A stretch of 64,000 nt of DNA from Eukaryota sp. TZLM1-RC. Its lineage: Eukaryota > Protista > Metamonada: BaSk clade. The stretch is taken from positions 1,455,485 to 1,519,484 of the forward strand of contig JAUPSS010000004.1 of assembly GCA_040285825.1 (NCBI GenBank), written 5' to 3'. The translations under genes and the position numbers were made by a program. The notes below the pieces were generated by a model that did no database searches, had not been told where the DNA came from, and worked only from the letters and a program-made list of their open reading frames with translations. Below are positions 50,001 to 61,700 of the stretch, piece after piece; positions within the stretch are counted from its first letter, which is position 1; each line of letters begins with the position of its first letter.

Positions 50001-50376
50001 AACCGAGGTAATCTATTAATAATGGCAAATTGAATCCGTCAATGCCATAAAAAAGTATCAAATCTTTTCATTGTTTTTCTTGCACCATTTTTTCGAAGTC
50101 ATTCAAAAAAGTTTCTGCTTCAACTGATAATCTTCCGTTTATCGAAAATGGAAAACAATAAAAACTAGCTGTGTATTTCTACCAGCATTAGCTTCTTCAA
50201 TATCTTTATCATACTTTTTATGTTGATCATTTGCTTTAAAATCAAGAGCACTCACAGGATTAAGTTTTCTTCTGTGAACCAAAGTATTATTTGCAACATT
50301 TCCAATTTTTAACATTGGAATTTTACCAACCCATCATCCAATAGATTTTGGTTTTGCTTTCCTGTTTTCTGCATGT
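47004..50376 (-). mobile_element. Composite CRE-like non-LTR cassette, copy 2, with poly(A) and 16-bp TSD
   Basis: T8 at 47004-11; GTTTGTATATGGCAAC at 46988-47003 and 50377-50392; open RLE ORF 47129-47929; RT fragment 49411-49827. Confidence 0.92.
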
Positions 50377-50535
50377 GTTTGTATATGGCAACGGTAACAC
50401 TAATTTCTGTACGATTATCATTCTTTTGATTAGGTCAGTATCTTTTTCAAAAATTTTGAGCTTTATACATCATTAAAACCAATGTTCATGTCATTCATTT
50501 GATTTAAATTCCTTTGTTGTTAATCTTTTTACAAC
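50377..50535. repeat. Partial 452-bp satellite unit
   Basis: Matches the first about 160 bp of the unit. Confidence 0.95.
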
Positions 50536-50542
50536 CTGCAGA

Positions 50543-51654
50543 GGTAAATGCAGTTACCTCTGCATGTGCGCCTGAACAAATGTGTCAGGAGGGGCAAAAA
50601 AGTTTCAATGATAAAGACCACCAGGAAGCATTTTGTTGGTTTCAAAGAGCAGCTGAAGCTGGTAATAGAGCTGCTATGTATTATTTAGGCTGTTGTATAA
50701 GAAATGGTAAAGGTGTTGATCAAGATCATCAACAAGCTTTTCATAAGTTCAAAAAAGGTGCTGAAGCTGGTAATGCTCGTGCTATGGTTTGTTTAGGTCA
50801 ATGTTATTTCAATGGTCATGGTGTTGAACAAGACTATTCTCAAGCAGTGTTCTACTGCCAAAAAGCTGCTGAATTGGGTGATCGGGATGGAATGTGCAAT
50901 TTAGGTGTTTTTTATGAACACGGATACAGTGTACCTAAAGACCTTCAGCTATTAAATGGTACGAAAAGGCCAAGAATGCTGGTTTTTCAAGTGCTACTGA
51001 AAGGTTAAAAGATTGTAAAAGAAAGCTAGCCAGTTGTTCATGAAGTAGAAGATTATAAAGTATTGTGGTCTATTCAATAAATAACTTTGCTTATTGATGT
51101 TACATTTATTTATTTTCAGTGTTAATCAAATATTGTACAAATTAAGAATGATGATTAATTAGCATTCAAAAACCAACCAAGACAAACTAAATTGTTGAAA
51201 AGAAATGAAATCAAAAAATTGTTGAAAAGAAATTCAATCAAATGATCTCATGAATTTAAATCGAGATGAGGCATGTTCTATTTTTGTTTCTTAAACTTTA
51301 AAAACATAACTGAAAATCATTGGATTATGGAACCTGCGATCTATCGGACGGTTGACAAGTGAGAGTAAGAAGTAGAACACATGTACACCACATGGGAGCT
51401 CACCAGTTTTGATAAAGTTGAATTAGATTTAGATTTAGATTGAATAAGAAAAGTTTTCAATAGTTTACTAGATCTTGATATGCTAGAGTGAAAAGAACTT
51501 GAAATTTTGTCTGTGACAGAAACTCATTGTGTTTTGATATTGTTATTGAGATTGTGATGTCACTTGAACGCTCAAATTAGCAGCTGCGTTTAAATGAAGA
51601 GTAAATCCACTCTGAGGTTGTGGAAGAAATATTTTATAATTTTTATTTCTATAT
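50543..51654 (+). pseudogene. Duplicated SEL1 3' fragment and downstream intergenic DNA (copy of 34189-35300)
   Basis: Near-identical sequence including the same terminal frameshift. Confidence 0.93.
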
Positions 51655-52230
51655 AGAGGCATTTATTGAGCCACTAGTACGTAAGCTGTCTTCAGATCAA
51701 ACTGATGATTCCTTCGGTAAAAAAAGGGCAGATTTAGTAGCTCCAGGGATCGATGGTGTTCTCAATGTTGTAGACGTTGTCTCAGTGGATGTTTGCAAAA
51801 ATTCTGCTGCTCGTTTAGTGTATTCCGCTGACTCGCCGTTATCTAACGCCGAAAAAAATGAGATAAACAAATATGAAGAACCTTTGGCACAGTTAGGTAG
51901 AGTGGAACATGTGAAATATCAGTTTGTACCGTTTGCAATTTCTCTTTTTGGCAATATTGGACCTTCAGGGTTGCACTTTTTGGAAAATTTTAAAAAAGTG
52001 TTACTGAATAGGTCTGGTAAAACAATGAACTCCACTTTCTGGTTAAATAGAATTGTTTTTTGCATTTTCTAGTCTATTCCAACAATGATTTCAAAGGCAC
52101 TTTGAGCTATTGGTGTAGAATATGAACGTAACGCTGTGAGTAGGTTCAGTAATAGTGACGCTTGTTTGGAGGATATTGAATTCTAGATGGTTATTTTTAT
52201 CTCAATAAATATTCCAGTTTTTAAAAAAAA
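51655..52230 (+). mobile_element. Family A RLE 3' fragment with A8 tail
   Basis: Inverted copy of 47004-47579 with the same satellite junction. Confidence 0.93.
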
Positions 52231-52790
52231 GTTGCCATATACAAACGATCACCTTTTGATTCAAATCAAACAAACAATATCTGTTTCTAGAATACATTCA
52301 AAATGAAAGTGAAACTGTAAATTGTTTTTGGAATTTATTTTATTGTTTCTGTCAAATAACAAAAGTAAAATAATTTTTCTTTATCAATGTAAAAGTTCAC
52401 GCAACAATGTTTTTCTACACCAAAAATGTGATCAAGAACACATGCTGTATTTATAAACTTGAAAACTTCTCTTGTAAAATGCGCCATTCGTTTCCATTTT
52501 TTCAAAATCAAGATAACCATGTATAAATTGTCGCAAATGTTGTAAAAAGATTAACAACAAAGGAATTCAAATCAAATGAATGACATGAACATTGGTTTTA
52601 TTGATGTATAAAGCTCATAAATTTTGAAAAAAATTACTGACCTAATCAAAAGAATGATAATCGTGCAGAAAATAGCGTTACCGTTGCCATATACAAACGA
52701 TCACCTTTTGAGTCAAGTCAAACAAATGATATCTGTTTCTAGAATACATTCAAAATGAAAGTGAAACTGTAAATTTTTTAAGAATTTATT
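52231..52790 (-). repeat. Inverted 452-bp satellite, about 1.2 units
   Basis: Reverse complement of the unit at 43128-47003. Confidence 0.95.
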
Positions 52791-52795
52791 TTTTT

Positions 52796-55700
52796 TGGTT
52801 GTTTATTACAATCGTTGGTCAAATCTTTAAAGTCCATTTTGGGACAATTATTATAACAATTGTGGTGTTAAACTCCGTGCTATGGTCATTTGATTAGTCA
52901 TTGCTATGATTGGTTGAATGGTCATTGGTATGATTAGATGAGTTGCATGTAGTCCTTATGTACTAGATGTGACCAACTTGTGATCAAACTTTGTGTGAAA
53001 TTGTGTGTGAGTAGTGTTGGCTATGTGTTACTTGATCAGTACAAACTCTTGATTACATTTTCAATTGATTTTGTATATATTTGAATTAACTGAGTTATTA
53101 ATTTTTAAACATTAAATTGTAAAAATAGTAAAAAATCAAAAAGTATACAATTGAATGTTGTAAACTAATAAAACAATTGCTGTAAGTGTAAGAGTATCGT
53201 TTTTGATACGATTTACTGAGGCTCATATGAAGTTCCTAGTTTCGTATATTGACCAATGGTTGTTTATTACAATCATTGGTTAAATTTTTAAAGTCCATTT
53301 TGGGACAATTATTATAACAATTGTGGTGTTAAAGTCCGTGCTATGGTCATTTGATTAGTCATTGCTATGATTGGTTGAATGGTCATTGGTATGATTAGAT
53401 GAGTTGCATGTAGTCCTTATGTACTAGATGTGACCAACTTGTGATCAAACTTTGTGTGAAATTGTGTGTGAGTAGTGTTGGCTATGTGTTACTTGATCAG
53501 TACAAACTCTTGATTACATTTTCAATTGATTTTGTATATATTTGAATTAATTGAGTTATTAATTTTTAAACATTAAATTGTAAAAATAGTAAAAAATCAA
53601 AAAGTATACAATTAAATGTTGTAAACTAATAAAACAATTGCTGTAAGTGTAAGAGTATCGTTTTTGATACGATTTACTGAGGCTCATATGAAGTTCCTAG
53701 TTTCGTATATTGACCAATGGTTGTTTATTACAATCGTTGGTCAAATTTTTAAAGTCCATTTTGGGACAATTATTATAACAATTGTGGTGTTAAAGTCCGT
53801 GCTATGGTCATTTGATTAGTCATTGCTATGATTGGTTGAATGGTCATTGGTATGATTAGATGAGTTGCATGTAGTCCTTATGTACTAGATGTGACCAACT
53901 TGTGATCAAACTTTGTGTGAAATTGTGTGTGAGTAGTGTTGGCTATGTGTTACTTGATCAGTACAAACTCTTGATTACATTTTCAATTGATTTTGTATAT
54001 ATTTGAATTAACTGAGTTATTAATTTTTAAACATTAAATTGTAAAAAAATAGTAAAAAAATCAAAAAGTATACAATTGAATGTTGTAAACTAATAAAACA
54101 ATTGCTGTAAGTGTAAGAGTATCGTTTTTGATACGATTTACTGAGGCTCATATGAAGTTCCTAGTTTCGTATATTGACCAATGGCTGTTTATTACAATCA
54201 TTGGTCAAATTTTTAAAGTCCATTTTGGGACAATTATTATAACAATTGTGGTGTTAAAGTCCGTGCTATGGTCATTTGATTAGTCATTGCTATGATTGGT
54301 TGAATGGTCATTGGTATGATTAGATGAGTTGCATGTAGTCCTTATGTACTAGATGTGACCAACTTGTGATCAAACTTTGTGTGAAATTGTGTGTGAGTAG
54401 TGTTGACTATGTGTTACTTGATCAGTACAAACTCTTGATTACATTTTCAATTGATTTTGTATATATTTGAATTAATTGAGTTATTAATTTTTAAACATTA
54501 AATTGTAAAAATAGTAAAAAATCAAAAAGTATACAATTGAATGTTGTAAACTAATAAAACAATTGCTGTAAGTGTAAGAGTATCGTTTTTGATACGATTT
54601 ACTGAGGCTCATATGAAGTTCCTAGTTTCGTATATTGACCAATGGTTGTTTATTACAATCGTTGGTCAAATTTTTAAAGTCCATTTTGGGACAATTATTA
54701 TAACAATTGTGGTGTTAAAGTCCGTGCTATGGTCATTTGATTAGTCATTGCTATGATTGGTTGAATGGTCATTGGTATGATTAGATGAGTTGCATGTAGT
54801 CCTTATGTACTAGATGTGACCAACTTGTGATCAAACTTTGTGTGAAATTGTGTGTGAGTAGTGTTGGCTATGTGTTACTTGATCAGTACAAACTCTTGAT
54901 TACATTTTCAATTGATTTTGTATATATTTGAATTAATTGAGTTATTAATTTTTAAACATTAAATTGTAAAAATAGTAAAAAATCAAAAAGTATACAATTG
55001 AATGTTGTAAACTAATAAAACAATTGCTGTAAGTGTAAGAGTATCGTTTTTCATACGATTTACTGAGGTTCATATGAAGTTCCTAGTTTCGTATATTGAC
55101 CAATGGTTGTTTATTACAATCATTGGTCAAATTTTTAAAGTCCATTTTGGGACAATTATTATAACAATTGTGGTGTTAAAGTCCGTGCTATGGTCATTTG
55201 ATTAGTCATTGCTATGATTGGTTGAATGGTCATTGGTATGATTAGATGAGTTGCATGTAGTCCTTATGTACTAGATGTGACCAACTTGTGATCAAACTTT
55301 GTGTGAAATTGTGTGTGAGTAGTGTTGGCTATGTGTTACTTGATCAGTACAAACTCTTGATTACATTTTCAATTGATTTTGTATATATTTGAATTAATTG
55401 AGTTATTAATTTTTAAACATTAAATTGTAAAAATAGTAAAAAATCAAAAAGTATACAATTGAATGTTGTAAACTAATAAAACAATTGCTGTAAGTGTAAG
55501 AGTATCGTTTTTGATACGATTTACTGAGGCTCATATGAAGTTCCTAGTTTCGTATATTGACCAATGGTTGTTTATTACAATCGTTGGTCAAATTTTAAAG
55601 TCCATTTTGGGACAATTATTATAACAATTGTGGTGTTAAAGTCCGTGCTATGGTCATTTGATTAGTCATTGCTATGATTGGTTGAATGGTCATTGGTATG

Positions 55701-58700
55701 ATTAGATGAGTTGCATGTAGTCCTTATGTACTAGATGTGACCAACTTGTGATCAAACTTTGTGTGAAATTGTGTGTGAGTAGTGTTGGCTATGTGTTACT
55801 TGATTAGTACAAACTCTTGATTACATTTTCAATTGATTTTGTATATAATTGAATTAATTGAGTTATTGATTTTTAAACATTAAATTGTAAAAATAGTAAA
55901 AAATCAAAAAGTATACAATTGAATGTTGTAAACTAATAAAACAATTGCTGTAAGTGTAAGAGTATCGTTTTTGATACGATTTACTGAGGTTCATATGAAG
56001 TTCCTAGTTTCGTATATTGACCAATGGTTGTTTATTACAATCATTGGTCAAATTTTTAAAGTCCATTTTGGGACAATTATTATAACAATTGTGGTGTTAA
56101 AGTCCGTGCTATGGTCATTTGATTAGTCATTGCTATGATTGGTTGAATGGTCATTGGTATGATTAGATGAGTTGCATGTAGTCCTTATGTACTAGATGTG
56201 ACCAACTTGTGATCAAACTTTGTGTGAAATTGTGTGTGAGTAGTGTTGGCTATGTGTTACTTGATCAGTACAAACTCTTGATTACATTTTCAATTGATTT
56301 TGTATATATTTGAATTAATTGAGTTATTAATTTTTAAACATTAAATTGTAAAAATAGTAAAAAATCAAAAAGTATACAATTGAATGTTGTAAACTAATAA
56401 AAACAATTGCTGTAAGTGTAAGAGTATCGTTTTGATACGATTTACTGAGGCTCATATGAAGTTCCTAGTTTCGTATATTGACCAATGGTTGTTTATTACA
56501 ATCATTGGTCAAATTTTTAAAGTCCATTTTGGGACAATTATTATAACAATTGTGGTGTTAAAGTCCGTGCTATGGTCATTTGATTAGTCATTGGTATGAT
56601 TGGTTGAATGGTCATTGGTATGATTAGATGAGTTGCATGTAGTCCTTATGTACTAGATGTGACCAACTTGTGATCAAACTTTGTGTGAAATTGTGTGTGA
56701 GTAGTGTTGGCTATGTGTTACTTGATCAGTACAAACTCATGATTACATTTTCAATTGATTTTGTATATATTTGAATTAATTGAGTTATTAATTTTTAAAC
56801 ATTAAATTGTAAAAATAGTAAAAAATCAAAAAGTATACAATTGAATGTTGTAAACTAATAAAACAATTGCTGTAAGTGTAAGAGTATCGTATTTGATACG
56901 ATTTACTGAGGCTCATATGAAGTTCCTAGTTTCGTATATTGACCAATGGTTGTTTATTACAATCATTGGTCAAATCTTTAAAGTCCATTTTGGGACAATT
57001 ATTATAACAATTGTGGTGTTAAAGTCCGTGCTATGGTCATTTGATTAGTCATTGCTATGATTGGTTGAATGGTCATTGGTATGATTAGATGAGTTGCATG
57101 TAGTCCTTATGTACTAGATGTGACCAACTTGTGATCAAACTTTGTGTGAAATTGTGTGTGAGTAATGTTGGCTATGTGTTACTTGATCAGTACAAACTCA
57201 TGATTACATTTTCAATTGATTTTGTATATATTTGAATTAATTGAGTTATTAATTTTTAAACATTAAATTGTAAAAATAGTAAAAATCAAAAGTATACAAT
57301 TGAATGTTGTAAACTAATAAAACAATTGCTGTAAGTGTAAGAGTATCGTTTTTGATACGATTTACTGAGGCTCATATGAAGTTCCTAGTTTCGTATATTG
57401 ACCAATGGTTGTTTATTACAATCATTGGTCAAATCTTTAAAGTCCATTTTGGGACAATTAATATAACAATTGTGGTGTTAAAGTCCGTGCTATGGTCATT
57501 TGATTAGTCATTGGTATGATTGGTTGAATGGTCATTGGTATGATTAGATGAGTTGCATGTAGTCTTTATGTACTAGATGTGATCAACTTGTGATCAAACT
57601 TTGTGTGAAATTGTGTGTTAGTAATGTTGGCTATGTGTTACTTGATCAGTACAAACTCATGATTACATTTTCAAATGATTTTGTATATATTTGAATTAAT
57701 TGAGTGTATTAATTTTTAAACATTAAATTGTAAAAAAGTAAAAAAAATCAAAAGTATACAATTGAATGTTGTAAACTAATAAAACAATTGCTGTAAGTGT
57801 AAGAGTATCGTTTTTGATACGATTTACTGAGGTTCATATGAAGTTCCTAGTTTCGTATATTGACCAATGGTTGTTTATTACAATCATTGGTCAAATCTTT
57901 AAAGTCCATTTTGGGACAATTATTATAACAATTGTGGTGTTAAAGTCCGTGCTATGGTCATTTGATTAGTCATTGGTATGATTGGTTGAATGGTCATTGG
58001 TATGATTAGATGAGTTGCATGTAGTCCTTATGTACTAGATGTGACCAACTTGTGATCAAACTTTGTGTGAAATTGTGTGTGAGTAGTGTTGGCTATGTGT
58101 TACTTGATCAGTACAAACTCTTGATTACATTTTCAAATTGATTTTTGTATATATTTGAATTAATTGAGTGTATTAATTTTTAAACATTAAATTGTAAAAA
58201 TAGTAAAAAATCAAAAGTATACAATTGAATGTTGTAAACTAATAAAACAATTGCTGTAAGTGTAAGAGTATCGTTTTGATACGATTTACTGAGGCTCATA
58301 TGAAGTTCCTAGTTTCGTATATTGACCAATGGTTGTTTATTACAATCATTGGTCAAATCTTTAAAGTCCATTTTGGGACAATTATTATAACAATTGTGGT
58401 GTTAAAGTCCGTGCTATGGTCATTTGATTAGTCATTGCTATGATTGGTTGAATGGTCATTGGTATGATTAGATGAGTTGCATGTAGTCCCTTATGTACTA
58501 GATGTGACCAACTTGTGATCAAACTTTGTGTGAAATTGTGTGTGAGTAATGTTGGCTATGTGTTACTTGATCAGTACAAACTCATGATTACATTTTCAAA
58601 TGATTTTGTATATATTTGAATTAATTGAGTGTATTAATTTTTAAACATTAAATTGTAAAAATAGTAAAAAAATCAAAAAGTATACAATTGAATGTTGTAA

Positions 58701-61700
58701 ACTAATAAAACAATTGCTGTAAGTGTAAGAGTATCGTTTTTGATACGATTTACTGAGGTTCATATGAAGTTCCTAGTTTCGTATATTGACCAATGGTTGT
58801 TTATTACAATCATTGGTCAAATCTTTAAAGTCCATTTTTGGGACAATTAATATAACAATTGTGGTGTTAAAGTCCGTGCTATGGTCATTTGAGTAGTCAT
58901 TGGTATGATTGGTTGAATGGTCATTGGTATGATTAGATGAGTTGCATGTAGTCTTTATGTACTAGATGTGATCAACTTGTGATCAAACTTTGTGTGAAAT
59001 TGTGTGTTAGTAATGTTGGCTATGTGTTACTTGATCAGTACAAACTCATGATTACATTTTTCAAATGATTTTGTATATATTTGAATTAATTGAGTGTATT
59101 AATTTTTTTAAACATTAAATTGTAAAAAAAAAGTAAAAAAATCAAAAAAAGTATACAATTGAATGTTGTAAACTAATAAAACAATTGCTGTAAGTGTAAG
59201 AGTATCGTTTTTGATACGATTTACTGAGGCTCATATGAAGTTCCTAGTTTCGTATATTGACCAATGGTTGTTTATTACAATCATTGGTCAAATCTTTAAA
59301 GTCCATTTTGGGACAATTAATATAACAATTGTGGTGTTAAAGTCCGTGCTATGGTCATTTGATTAGTCATTGGTATGATTGGTTGAATGGTCATTGGTAT
59401 GATTAGATGAGTTGCATGTAGTCTTTATGTACTAGATGTGATCAACTTGTGATCAAACTTTGTGTGAAATTGTGTGTGAGTAGTGTTGGCTATGTGTTAC
59501 TTGATCAGTACAAACTCATGATTACATTTTCAAATGATTTTTGTATATATTTGAATTAATTGAGTGTATTAATTTTTAAACATTAAATTGTAAAAAGTAA
59601 AAAAATCAAAAAGTATACAATTGAATGTTGTAAACTAATAAAACAATTGCTGTAAGTGTAAGAGTATCGTTTTTTTGATACGATTTACTGAGGCTCATAT
59701 GAAGTTCCTAGTTTCGTATATTGACCAATGGTTGTTTATTACAATCATTGGTCAAATCTTTAAAGTCCATTTTGGGACAATTAATATAACAATTGTGGTG
59801 TTAAAGTCCGTGCTATGGTCATTTGAGTAGTCATTGGTATGATTGGTTGAATGGTCATTGGTATGATTAGATGAGTTGCATGTAGTCTTTATGTACTAGA
59901 TGTGATCAACTTGTGATCAAACTTTGTGTGAAATTGTGTGTTAGTAATGTTGGCTATGTGTTACTTGATCAGTACAAACTCATGATTACATTTTCAAATG
60001 ATTTTTGTATATATTTGAATTAATTGAGTGTATTAATTTTTAAACATTAAATTGTAAAAAGTAAAAAAAATCAAAAAGTATACAATTGAATGTTGTAAAC
60101 TAATAAAACAATTGCTGTAAGTGTAAGAGTATCGTTTTTGATACGATTTACTGAGGCTCATATGAAGTTCCTAGTTTCGTATATTGACCAATGGTTGTTT
60201 ATTACAATCATTGGTCAAATCTTTAAAGTCCATTTTGGGACAATTATTATAACAATTGTGGTGTTAAAGTCCGTGCTATGGTCATTTGATTAGTCATTGG
60301 TATGATTGGTTGAATGGTCATTGGTATGATTAGATGAGTTGCATGTAGTCCTTATGTACTAGATGTGACCAACTTGTGATCAAACTTTGTGTGAAATTGT
60401 GTGTGAGTAATGTTGGCTATGTGTTACTTGATCAGTACAAACTCATGATTACATTTTCAAATGATTTTGTATATATTTGAATTAATTGAGTGTATTAATT
60501 TTTAAACATTAAATTGTAAAAGTAAAAAATCAAAAGTATACAATTGAATGTTGTAAACTAATAAAACAATTGCTGTAAGTGTAAGAGTATCGTTTTTTTG
60601 ATACGATTTACTGAGGCTCATATGAAGTTCCTAGTTTCGTATATTGACCAATGGTTGTTTATTACAATCATTGGTCAAATCTTTAAAGTCCATTTTGGGA
60701 CAATTAATATAACAATTGTGGTGTTAAAGTCCGTGCTATGGTCATTTGATTAGTCATTGCTATGATTGGTTGAATGGTCATTGGTATGATTAGATGAGTT
60801 GCATGTAGTCTTTATGTACTAGATGTGACCAACTTGTGATCAAACTTTGTGTGAAATTGTGTGTGAGTAGTGTTGGCTATGTGTTACTTGATCAGTACAA
60901 ACTCATGATTACATTTTCAAATGATTTTGTATATATTTGAATTAATTGAGTGTATTAATTTTTAAACATTAAATTGTAAAAATAGTAAAAAATCAAAAAG
61001 TATACAATTGAATGTTGTAAACTAATAAAACAATTGCTGTAAGTGTAAGAGTATCGTTTTTGATACGATTTACTGAGGCTCATATGAAGTTCCTAGTTTC
61101 GTATATTGACCAATGGTTGTTTATTACAATCATTGGTCAAATCTTTAAAGTCCATTTTGGGACAATTAATATAACAATTGTGGTGTTAAAGTCCGTGCTA
61201 TGGTCATTTGATTAGTCATTGGTATGATTGGTTGAATGGTCATTGGTATGATTAGATGAGTTGCATGTAGTCTTTATGTACTAGATGTGATCAACTTGTG
61301 ATCAAACTTTGTGTGAAATTGTGTGTTAGTAATGTTGGCTATGTGTTACTTGATCAGTACAAACTCATGATTACATTTTCAAATGATTTTTGTATATATT
61401 TGAATTAATTGAGTGTATTAATTTTTAAACATTAAATTGTAAAAAAGTAAAAAATCAAAAAGTATACAATTGAATGTTGTAAACTAATAAAACAATTGCT
61501 GTAAGTGTAAGAGTATCGTTTTTGATACGATTTACTGAGGTTCATATGAAGTTCCTAGTTTCGTATATTGACCAATGGTTGTTTATTACAATCATTGGTC
61601 AAATCTTTAAAGTCCATTTTGGGACAATTAATATAACAATTGTGGTGTTAAAGTCCGTGCTATGGTCATTTGAGTAGTCATTGGTATGATTGGTTGAATG

